DNA from: Patescibacteria group bacterium
Lineage (GTDB): Bacteria; Patescibacteriota; Microgenomatia; Levybacterales; UBA12049
Direction of reading: 5' to 3'
NCBI GenBank assembly: GCA_038063195.1
Contig: JBBTVO010000011.1
Span: 1 to 62,050 of the forward strand
DNA: 62,050 nt
Shown piece by piece: positions 10,163 to 16,928 of this stretch (its first letter is position 1; every line of letters begins with the position of its first letter). Under the pieces are notes generated by a model, which worked only from the letters and a program-made list of their open reading frames with translations, did no database searches and had not been told where the DNA came from. The translations under genes were made by a program, and so were the position numbers.

Positions 10163-10837
10163 TTATTTTCCTCTTTGGAGAAAGCCTTTAACCATAGCCA
10201 CAGGACCACGACTATACCGTGACTTGAGTTCTCTCACTTGTTCTCCTGTTAGCCAATTTTCCGTGTATGAATGGACTGAATCTGGCTCAACTGCTCCAGT
10301 TGTTACACCATGCTCATATTCGTAAACTGCGTCTGCAGATAAAGTATCAGGATAAATCCTAACCCATGTTCGCCTTTTTATATCTCTTAGGTCTGTAGTT
10401 TTTAATTCTCCCACCTTTCTGCCTGCTAGCTCTACTGTTTCTGGCTCAGTTGTTTCGATTACTTCAGTTTTATCAGTCCGTAAAGTTCCAATAATTTCAT
10501 CATAATACAATCTCCCAAGGTCGATTCCACCATCAATTCTATTACGAGCTCTGTCTATCGAAGTTGAGTCAACTTCTGCAATTAAGTTTTTCATAAACGA
10601 ATTTAATCTATCCACATCAAACTCAGGATTTTTTGGAGATACGATTATGCTTACAAACTCGGTAAAATATCCACGCTGCGGAGCGTATGAATCGTACTTG
10701 TGTAGTTCTCCAGCAAGATGCACATCAGGATTGGCTTTTAGTAGCTCTCTTACTGTATCAATTTTTGTTCTCGGTCTTTCAGGAGTAGCTGATGCCTCAC
10801 CAGCTCCTCGTGCATTACCAGTTGGAAACTCTGTCAT
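10163..10837 (-). CDS. hypothetical protein, paralogue A of a two-member family in this window
   Basis: Collinear with 13372-14046 (MTEFPTGNARGAGEAS... vs MTEIPTSHSRGAGEVS..., both ending GFLQRGK). The start at 10837 was chosen by alignment to the paralogue and by the promoter 7 nt upstream. Confidence 0.7.
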   Translation of the reverse strand: MTEFPTGNARGAGEASATPERPRTKIDTVRELLKANPDVHLAGELHKYDSYAPQRGYFTEFVSIIVSPKNPEFDVDRLNSFMKNLIAEVDSTSIDRARNRIDGGIDLGRLYYDEIIGTLRTDKTEVIETTEPETVELAGRKVGELKTTDLRDIKRRTWVRIYPDTLSADAVYEYEHGVTTGAVEPDSVHSYTENWLTGEQVRELKSRYSRGPVAMVKGFLQRGK

Positions 10838-10844
10838 GGCAAGA

Positions 10845-10873
10845 AATATACCAGAAAGCAAACCAAAAATCAA
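10845..10873 (-). promoter_or_regulatory. cassette promoter TTGATT-17-TATATT
   Basis: Minus strand reads ...ccacaaacagtcctatagcTTGATT, 17-nt spacer, TATATT, 7 nt, ATG. The upstream motif is shared with two other cassette promoters. Confidence 0.55.
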
Positions 10874-10949
10874 GCTATAGGACTGTTTGTGGTTTACCAC
10901 GCAAAGCTAATTACTGAAAGTAATGAGCGAAGTGTGGACATTTCGGAAA

Positions 10950-11204
10950 TTAAATTAGGCGTTTATTCCTGAAAGCAAATCCAGAACTAGACTTTAGATA
11001 TTTTTCAAACTCTAGAGCTTTCTTTTTAGATTCAAAAGCAGAGTAATAAATTAGCTTAATTGGTCTTAAATTTTTTGTGGAAGCGATTAATCCTTGCGCA
11101 TGAGCTTTGATTCTTTTTTTCAAATCTGTAGAAAACCCATGATAATAAGTCTTATCTTTTAATCTAAGAATATAAACGTAGTACACACATAAATAATACA
11201 ACAA
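10950..11204 (-). CDS. GIY-YIG nuclease domain protein
   Basis: YYVYILRLKDKTYYHGFSTDLKKRIKAHAQG matches the GIY-YIG (URI) motif. The likely true start is the GTG at 11186, giving MYYVYIL. The TTG at 11204 is simply the longest ORF. Confidence 0.75.
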   Translation of the reverse strand: MLYYLCVYYVYILRLKDKTYYHGFSTDLKKRIKAHAQGLIASTKNLRPIKLIYYSAFESKKKALEFEKYLKSSSGFAFRNKRLI

Positions 11205-11327
11205 AAAATGTCCCCCTTCGCATAAAGCTTCGGTAGGGACACTCTTCGTTATTTAGCCAACTTTATTTTTCTTTAGAAGTGTGGCTTGCCACTTCGTAGC
11301 TCATAGGTTCCAACTCATGAGCGAAGA

Positions 11328-11457
11328 GTGGACATTTCAGAAATAAAGTGGAATCAGATTGAAGAGTATGTCTTTAAATGGTATCCCCGCCTTCAGAATA
11401 TGAACCTAGCTTCGCTTTGAGGAATTTATAGAGTTATCACAAGGGAGTGTTGGAACA
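11328..11457. repeat. 130-nt cassette-junction repeat, copy 1
   Basis: gtggacatttcagaaataaagtggaatcagattgaagagtatgtctttaaatggtatccccgccttcagaatatgaacctagcttcgctttgaggaatttatagagttatcacaagg... is near-identical to 13236-13365. Confidence 0.9.
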
Positions 11458-11469
11458 GTATAATTCAGT

Positions 11470-12297
11470 TTAGTCATCAATCATTCTTACATCAACCTTT
11501 TTTAATTTCTTAACTTCCTTCTTAACCTCTTTTATATGCTTTTCAGGAGATAGATCTTCTGGAAGTACTCCTCCGATCTCTTTAATCGTTTGTCGTACCT
11601 TGCCCCCTACCATATTGTGAGTACTTATCGCTGCTTGCTCATCTCTTGTTTCATCTTTTCTTAGTTTTTCGTCTGTCTGTGTTATCCTGAAGAGATTCGC
11701 AGCCAATTCAGTTGAGCCTGCTCTATCTAATAATTCTCCTTTTTTTATTCCCTTTTTTTTCTCAACCTCTTTAAGAGGCATCCCATACAGACCTTTGTAT
11801 CCTGCGTCATTAAAAACTCCGAACATCCTAACTCCTGCTTTTTGTGCCACCCGAGCAAGTTTTTTATTGTGATCAGATACTTCATTGCGTGTAAACAGGC
11901 GCTTTTCGCTTTCTGACAGATTGTCGTAAACCTCTTGTCTTCTTGTTTGAACTGCGAAATATGTCTGAGCAAAAGCAATCTCGGGTTTCTTGGAATCTCC
12001 ATTTTGAGCAATTAAGTAGCATGCATATCTATCTAATTTCCAGTCTTTAAGTTTTCTAATAGTGTTGTATCCTACGGTAACCAATTTACTGACATCAATA
12101 AAATGATTATCCACATACTGTCCACTCTTAATTGAGGCTACTTGTGCTTTTTTTATAACCTCTTCAAAATTTTGCCAATTTGCGTATCCAAGCACTATCA
12201 TCAACTCCCTAGCTGTCCAGTATTCCGTGCCATTTTCGTCTACTTTCTTGAGGTTTTCAAAGTTTTTATTGAGAGTAGCCGGTAAATTATAACTCAT
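11470..12297 (-). CDS. dinD: DNA-damage-inducible protein D (DinD family)
   Basis: Collinear resemblance to E. coli DinD as I recall it (WTARELMIVLGY, RYACYLIAQNGD..KPEIAFAQTYFAVQTRRQE, EKRLFTRNEV, GSTELAANLFRITQT, GGKVRQTI). Start at the internal ATG 12297, which has TTGAGT-17-TATAGT upstream. Confidence 0.8.
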   Translation of the reverse strand: MSYNLPATLNKNFENLKKVDENGTEYWTARELMIVLGYANWQNFEEVIKKAQVASIKSGQYVDNHFIDVSKLVTVGYNTIRKLKDWKLDRYACYLIAQNGDSKKPEIAFAQTYFAVQTRRQEVYDNLSESEKRLFTRNEVSDHNKKLARVAQKAGVRMFGVFNDAGYKGLYGMPLKEVEKKKGIKKGELLDRAGSTELAANLFRITQTDEKLRKDETRDEQAAISTHNMVGGKVRQTIKEIGGVLPEDLSPEKHIKEVKKEVKKLKKVDVRMIDD

Positions 12298-12307
12298 AAG
12301 TTTTACT

Positions 12308-12336
12308 ACTATAGCACCAGAGAAACTACAACTCAA
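12308..12336 (-). promoter_or_regulatory. promoter of dinD (TTGAGT-17-TATAGT)
   Basis: Hexamers and 17-nt spacing read on the minus strand; 10 nt from the -10 element to the ATG. Confidence 0.5.
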
Positions 12337-12436
12337 TAGTTCATCAAAAAAGAAAATGCCTATTACTTTTGCTCCCAGAGTACTTGCAGTTAATGATACT
12401 ATTTGATATACTTCATAACCAAATCTGGCATAGTAT

Positions 12437-12739
12437 ATGGAAGACAACGGAAATTCTATTGGATCTTTTATAGGTGGAGCAATAATCATAGGAATTGTTT
12501 GGTTCTTATTCTCAGGTTCAGGTAAATATGAAGGCGAAAATGCTGAATATTGGTATAACGAATATGACGCAGAAACTGCTGTATCAGAGAGCTATAAGAC
12601 AGCTCTTGAAGAAGCGAACTCAAATATTGAAGAGGCAAATGATATGATTGATAATGCAAAGTCTTATGATGATGCAGAAAGCCTTATAGACGGTGTGAAT
12701 AGTCTTGAAGAAATAGAAACAGTTGCTGAGCCTTATTAA
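12437..12739 (+). CDS. small membrane-anchored acidic protein, unknown function
   Basis: 100 aa. N-terminal TM helix (GGAIIIGIVWFLF) and acidic coiled C-terminus. The only plus-strand ORF in the array. Confidence 0.5.
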   Translation: MEDNGNSIGSFIGGAIIIGIVWFLFSGSGKYEGENAEYWYNEYDAETAVSESYKTALEEANSNIEEANDMIDNAKSYDDAESLIDGVNSLEEIETVAEPY

Positions 12740-12758
12740 ACCTCTCCTTTAGAAACCA

Positions 12759-12811
12759 AACCTAGCTTCGCTTTAAGGAATTTAGAAGAATATCACTAGG
12801 AAGTATTGGAA
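12759..12811. repeat. short copy of the cassette-junction motif
   Basis: aacctagcttcgctttaaggaatttagaagaatatcactaggaagtattggaa matches the 3' half of the 130-nt junction repeat. Confidence 0.8.
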
Positions 12812-12813
12812 TC

Positions 12814-13182
12814 TTATCTTGCCGTAGCTAAAGGATGTGGAAGTCCTAACAAAGACATTCCGATAGGACTTTTTGCAGGAGCAACTGGTTTTACTATTAT
12901 GTTGAGCTCAGGGTCGTTTGGCGTTTCTACACTAAATACAGTTTGCATGTCATCGCTTAATCTGTACTTAATTGTTCCAGACGGTGCCCTACCCTGAGAT
13001 AAAAGACGATTTAGAGCAGCGTCATATCTATTTTGTAAAGATGTCCCAACTCTTTCAGCGGTATCCAGGAAGGATGACTGAGCTTTATCCACAGACTCAA
13101 TTGTTCTGCGTAATTGGTCTGCTTTTTGTTCAAACTTTTCAAATGCTTTATGGTAGTTTTTGTCGCCTTCTGCGGTACTCAT
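12814..13182 (-). CDS. hypothetical protein
   Basis: 122-aa ORF with its own consensus promoter 9 nt upstream. No recognisable motif. Confidence 0.55.
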   Translation of the reverse strand: MSTAEGDKNYHKAFEKFEQKADQLRRTIESVDKAQSSFLDTAERVGTSLQNRYDAALNRLLSQGRAPSGTIKYRLSDDMQTVFSVETPNDPELNIIVKPVAPAKSPIGMSLLGLPHPLATAR

Positions 13183-13191
13183 AATCGTTGA

Positions 13192-13220
13192 ATTTTACTA
13201 CAAAAAGAGGATTTTGTCAA
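13192..13220 (-). promoter_or_regulatory. cassette promoter TTGACA-17-TAAAAT
   Basis: Minus strand reads tccacaaatagtcctatagcTTGACA, 17-nt spacer, TAAAAT, 9 nt, ATG. Confidence 0.65.
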
Positions 13221-13235
13221 GCTATAGGACTATTT

Positions 13236-13365
13236 GTGGACATTTCAGGAATAAAGTGGAATCAGATTGAAGAGTATGTCTTTAAATGGTATCCCCGCCC
13301 TCAGAATATGAACCTAGCTTCGCTTTGAGGAATTTATAGAGTTATCACAAGGAAGTATTGGAACA
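13236..13365. repeat. 130-nt cassette-junction repeat, copy 2
   Basis: Near-identical to 11328-11457, with a handful of substitutions by eye. Confidence 0.9.
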
Positions 13366-13371
13366 AGATTA

Positions 13372-14046
13372 TTATTTGCCTCTTTGAAGAAAACCTATTA
13401 CCTTAGATACAGGACCACGACTATGCTGTGCCTTAAGTTCTCTTATTTGTTCTCCTCTAAGCCAATGTTGTGTATAACCGTGAATCGAATTTGGTTCAAT
13501 AGTTCCATTTATTACCCCTTGCTCATACTCGTATACTTCATGGGCTGAAAGAGTATCGGGATAAACTCTAACCCAGGTTCTTCTTTGTAACGGCTTTATT
13601 TCTTCAGCTTTTGTTTCTCCGACTTTCTTACCAGCTCGCTGTACAGTTTCTAGCTCAGTTGTTTCGATTGTTTCAGTTCTCTCAATTCGTATCAAGCCAA
13701 TAGCTTCATCATAATATAGCTTGCCGAGATGTATTCCTCCATCATTTTCTTCATAGGCACGGTCTTTTGCAGATAAGTCAACTTCAGTAATTAAACCATC
13801 CATATAAACATTTAGCTTATCAACATCAAATTGGGGATTTGTAGGAGCGACAATCATACTTACTGTTTCAGTCCAGTAGCCAACATTGGGAGCATCTGGA
13901 TGAAAATCATGTATTTCTCCCGCAAAATATACATCTTTGTTAGCCTGCAGTTGCTCTCTAACAGCAGCAATTTTTGTTTTTGGTCTCTCAGAGGGAGGCG
14001 ATACTTCACCAGCTCCTCGTGAATGACTGGTTGGAATCTCTGTCAT
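13372..14046 (-). CDS. hypothetical protein, paralogue B
   Basis: Collinear with 10163-10837. Start at the ATG 14046, 8 nt downstream of the -10 element. Confidence 0.7.
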   Translation of the reverse strand: MTEIPTSHSRGAGEVSPPSERPKTKIAAVREQLQANKDVYFAGEIHDFHPDAPNVGYWTETVSMIVAPTNPQFDVDKLNVYMDGLITEVDLSAKDRAYEENDGGIHLGKLYYDEAIGLIRIERTETIETTELETVQRAGKKVGETKAEEIKPLQRRTWVRVYPDTLSAHEVYEYEQGVINGTIEPNSIHGYTQHWLRGEQIRELKAQHSRGPVSKVIGFLQRGK

Positions 14047-14054
14047 ACTTGCGG

Positions 14055-14083
14055 AGTATACCACATACGAGGCTAGCCGTCAA
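14055..14083 (-). promoter_or_regulatory. cassette promoter TTGACG-17-TATACT, immediately downstream of the tmRNA 3' end
   Basis: Minus strand reads ...catctccacaaatagtcctatagcTTGACG, 17-nt spacer, TATACT, 8 nt, ATG. Confidence 0.6.
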
Positions 14084-14099
14084 GCTATAGGACTATTTG

Positions 14100-14457
14100 T
14101 GGAGATGTCGAGTAGTGAGCTCGAGTCCAAGAAGGTAAAGTAAAAACGTCTACAAGCTTATCTGATTTTTAATCTCGCAATATTCTCCCCAACCAGAAGG
14201 AAACAAATATTGCAAAGGTTGAAAGTTCGGATAAAAAGCCAACCAACTTCTTATCTATAGCTCAACTTTATTTATGCCTTATAAAATCTCGTTGAGAAAG
14301 ATTTTACAGACACTTCGACATGCTTAAGCAGCTAGTGCATAAGCGTATCTCGGGCTAGAATCTCTTCCAGCATTTATTTTTTGACTCTGTTTTACGACTG
14401 TCATCAAAGTCGGCTTGCAGTTTTTAAAGTACAATCCTGTCGATGCAATGCATCCCC
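14100..14457 (-). ncRNA. ssrA: tmRNA (SsrA)
   Basis: Minus strand starts GGGGATGCATTGCATCGACAGGATT. The 3' end ...GGACTCGAGCTCACTACTCGACATCTCCA pairs with the 5' end to form a 7-bp acceptor stem containing a G3:U wobble, the alanine identity element. Internal frame GCT GGA AGA GAT TCT AGC CCG AGA TAC GCT TAT GCA CTA GCT GCT TAA (14324-14371) encodes a tag ending YALAA. About 358 nt. CCA is not encoded (CAA follows). Confidence 0.85.
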
Positions 14458-14466
14458 AAGGGCTAG

Positions 14467-14496
14467 ATTATAGCATATTTTGAAGCCAAAAGTCAA
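14467..14496 (-). promoter_or_regulatory. ssrA promoter TTGACT-18-TGcTATAAT
   Basis: Minus strand reads TTGACT, 18-nt spacer, TATAAT preceded by TGc, then 9 nt to the GGGG 5' end of the tmRNA. Confidence 0.7.
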
Positions 14497-14505
14497 TCTA
14501 AGCTG

Positions 14506-14533
14506 TTGACAAATTATTCTTTAGTGCTAAAAT
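14506..14533 (+). promoter_or_regulatory. promoter TTGACA-16-TAAAAT for the 79-aa ORF
   Basis: Consensus hexamers. The ATG at 14540 lies 6 nt after the -10 element with no Shine-Dalgarno sequence, so a leaderless transcript is likely. Confidence 0.6.
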
Positions 14534-14539
14534 GAGCTC

Positions 14540-14779
14540 ATGGAAAGAAGAATAGGTATATCAAAAGGTCCAAACCGAGCAACGCCTGTATACAGACCAG
14601 ATACCCGAACACCAGAGGAATATCAAAGAGACTTAGCTAAACTACAACCAACCTCAGTGGCAAGAGAAGGATCAATAAAGGGCACGAGAATAACCATTGG
14701 GAGATTTGCGAAAAGACTAAATAAACAACGAGGAATTCCACAAGGATTATCCCCGGTTAAACAATTAACCGCGCGCTAA
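14540..14779 (+). CDS. small basic hypothetical protein
   Basis: 79-aa Arg/Lys-rich ORF behind a near-consensus promoter. Its 3' end overlaps the convergent comF by 15 nt. Confidence 0.5.
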   Translation: MERRIGISKGPNRATPVYRPDTRTPEEYQRDLAKLQPTSVAREGSIKGTRITIGRFAKRLNKQRGIPQGLSPVKQLTAR

Positions 14780-15460
14780 AGTAAGACCCCAGACGTCCTT
14801 TGCTCCGTTTCTTTTTAAGATTTTTCCTGCTTCTAGAAGTGTTGATCCGGTCGTAAAAACATCATCAACTAAGAAGATTTGTTTATTCTTAATCTCTTTT
14901 TCAAACCTAATATCAATGGCAAAAGCATCTTTAAGGTTTTTCTTTCTCTCATCTTTTCCCAAATCAACTTGTGTTTTGGTATTTTTAATTCTTTTGAGGA
15001 CTTTAAGAAGCGGTAAGTTTAATTTCTCAGATAATTCTTGGGCTAAAATATGCGCATGGTTATACCCCCTCTTCCGCTCACGCGCATGATAAAGCGGAAT
15101 CGGAACTAGAATTGCATTTGAGGAATCCAGAACTTTATGAAACTCTTCTTTTTGAATAAGCCCTTCATAAAATAAATCTGATAAAACTGTCTTAATTCCG
15201 GTAAGATATGGGTCATACTTGAACTTGATTATCATTTTCTTCGCAACTCCTTTATAAGAAATGCTTGAGAAAACACCGTCAATTGTGTATTTATTTTTAC
15301 ACTTTGGGTGAGTAAATCCATTGAAAGAAGGAAGATTGCAGACCGCGCAAATTTTATCTACATCAAAGGAAAGAAAAGTAAAGCATTTGGCGCAAAGAAA
15401 ATCTCCGAGCTTCCGGCAATTTATGCAATATTTTGGGAAAATGATATCGAGCAGATCCAC
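14765..15460 (-). CDS. comF: ComF-family phosphoribosyltransferase
   Basis: 231 aa. N-terminal Cys clusters (CINCRK...CAKC, CAVCN...HPKC) and the PRTase motif IFLVDDVFTTGSTL. Confidence 0.85.
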   Translation of the reverse strand: MDLLDIIFPKYCINCRKLGDFLCAKCFTFLSFDVDKICAVCNLPSFNGFTHPKCKNKYTIDGVFSSISYKGVAKKMIIKFKYDPYLTGIKTVLSDLFYEGLIQKEEFHKVLDSSNAILVPIPLYHARERKRGYNHAHILAQELSEKLNLPLLKVLKRIKNTKTQVDLGKDERKKNLKDAFAIDIRFEKEIKNKQIFLVDDVFTTGSTLLEAGKILKRNGAKDVWGLTLARG

Positions 15461-15464
15461 ACTG

Positions 15465-15549
15465 CGGAGGGTATGGGAGTCGAACCCATTCAGGACTTTC
15501 GCCCTGCAGGTTTAGCAAACCTGTCTCGTGACCGTCTGAGTCACCCTCC
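15465..15549 (-). tRNA. tRNA-Ser(GCU)
   Basis: Minus strand GGAGGGT...CAGGT-TTGCTAA-ACCTG, long variable arm, ATGGG-TTCGACT-CCCAT-ACCCTCC-G. Class II tRNA with anticodon GCT. No encoded CCA. Confidence 0.85.
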
Positions 15550-16536
15550 ATTCCACTTTAACAATCTTGGATTATGAGTCCCTACTACTTCTAGATATCT
15601 CTCGACTTCGTTTGTATTATACAGCCAAACCTTCTTATTTTCTACTTTATCTATTATTTTTGGAGTAAATCCTAATTCTGCTAGTGTATTTTTAACAAAT
15701 AAGAGCAAGGGAGCTGAGCGATTTGAAAATGAGATTTTTTTATATTTATACTCCTTCCCGCCTACTTTATATCTATGAAGAAAAACTCCCCCATCAGTAT
15801 CCATGAGTCCCCTCAAACAAGAGATTCTAAAACTCTTTTCTGCCAATATCCAAATTGGCACATCTACTTGTTGTTTTACTTTGTTGCCAATTTTTAATCC
15901 TATTTGCAAAAGATATCTTACCAGAGATGATCCATTGTAATATAAGGCTACAGCATTACAGTCTTTCTTCTGGAAATGTTTCGGTGGTTCACCGAATAAT
16001 TTTCTCGAAAAACTTGATACAAAATTTATATATTCCCTATCTGCTATAGAATTTAAAGTAACCGTACACTGTCCTAGTGTTAGCCCACCGTCTCCAAGCA
16101 TAATTCCTACATATTCTGCTAGCTCTTTACAGAAGGCGGGTTGATTATACGTCTTAACTCTTGGTATAATTCCGTTTCTTCGAAAATTAGCGAGCGCTTT
16201 TGCTCCACCTTTTCTTCTCCCCTCCTCTGTTGCGGGACTTCCATGTTTTTTAAAACGCTCAATTCCTCCAATTTTGCTTGCCGCCTGCTTAGTTTTTTGC
16301 CACCTCGATATTAAAGATGCTTTTTCCTCCGGTAGAAAAATCTTAAACATCTCACAGAAAAGTTCTGCAGCAAAGAGAGTCATTGTTAGTCTCTCTCTTT
16401 TCCAATCCCTGAAGCTACGCGGATGAATTTTTGCAAATTCTGCCAATCGATCTGTATTTAAACCGCTTACTCTATAAACCGTGTCTAGAAATTCTTTCTG
16501 TTTGTTCGGAAGAAATTTGATTCGTAAGTTTTCCAT
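15541..16536 (-). CDS. LAGLIDADG-family homing-endonuclease-like protein with N-terminal HTH-like region
   Basis: Two LAGLIDADG motifs (YVGIMLGDGGL and LRGLMDTDGGVF). Start set at the ATG 16536 because the longer ORF extension only translates the antisense of tRNA-Ser(UGA). The stop overlaps the tRNA-Ser(GCU) 5' end by 9 nt. Confidence 0.8.
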   Translation of the reverse strand: MENLRIKFLPNKQKEFLDTVYRVSGLNTDRLAEFAKIHPRSFRDWKRERLTMTLFAAELFCEMFKIFLPEEKASLISRWQKTKQAASKIGGIERFKKHGSPATEEGRRKGGAKALANFRRNGIIPRVKTYNQPAFCKELAEYVGIMLGDGGLTLGQCTVTLNSIADREYINFVSSFSRKLFGEPPKHFQKKDCNAVALYYNGSSLVRYLLQIGLKIGNKVKQQVDVPIWILAEKSFRISCLRGLMDTDGGVFLHRYKVGGKEYKYKKISFSNRSAPLLLFVKNTLAELGFTPKIIDKVENKKVWLYNTNEVERYLEVVGTHNPRLLKWNGG

Positions 16537-16594
16537 ACGGCTTTGCTTATCCTCTATTACTATACCATATGCTATACTAAGTTTGAAATATTCT

Positions 16595-16681
16595 GGAGAG
16601 GTCGCATAGCGGACTAGTGCAATGGTCTTGAAAACCATCGTGGCAGAAATGCTACCGTGGGTTCGAATCCCACCCTCTCCG
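16595..16681 (+). tRNA. tRNA-Ser(UGA)
   Basis: GGAGAGG-TC-GCAT...ATGGT-CTTGAAA-ACCAT, long variable arm, GTGGG-TTCGAAT-CCCAC-CCTCTCC-G. Anticodon TGA. Confidence 0.9.
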
Positions 16682-16928
16682 CACAAACCCTTCGGTTGCT
16701 CCAAGTCCCACCCACTATGTCAACTTGGCTTGATGTGGCTTGCCAATAAAGTTAGAGAAAACGGACAAATCCCAAATATAGCCTGTAATGTTGGAAATAG
16801 CCGAAAATACCCTAAAGGTATTTGCTCTTGGTTCTAAGCTTTTGTAGAAAAGAGCTATTATTAGCCATATTTCATGAGATATTTTCGTTCTAAGCCTGTT
16901 TTCTCTATTGAAAGTATTGCCCGAGGAT

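Noticed and set aside
11205-11316. Possible small RNA or tRNA fragment upstream of the GIY-YIG gene (hairpins tgtccc...gggaca and gaagtg.ggc...gccacttc), and a tRNA-like 3' end in the junction repeat (ggttcatattctgagggcggggatacca on the minus strand)
   Set aside because: I could not fold either into a cloverleaf or any recognisable RNA family by eye. They are kept only as part of the mobile-unit description and need a covariance-model search.
12298-12489. 64-codon N-terminal extension of the dinD ORF, and likewise 10838-10900 and 14047-14064 on the paralogue ORFs
   Set aside because: The extensions are hydrophobic or low-complexity, lack counterparts in the paralogue or in DinD, overlap a divergent ORF (12437-12739), and would bury the well-formed promoters found 7-10 nt upstream of the internal ATGs.
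16537-16704. N-terminal extension of the 387-aa ORF (MEQPKGLCGEGGIRTHG...)
   Set aside because: The extension is just the antisense translation of tRNA-Ser(UGA); GGIRTHG and FKTIALVRYATSP are typical tRNA-shadow peptides. The LAGLIDADG protein most plausibly starts at the ATG at 16536.
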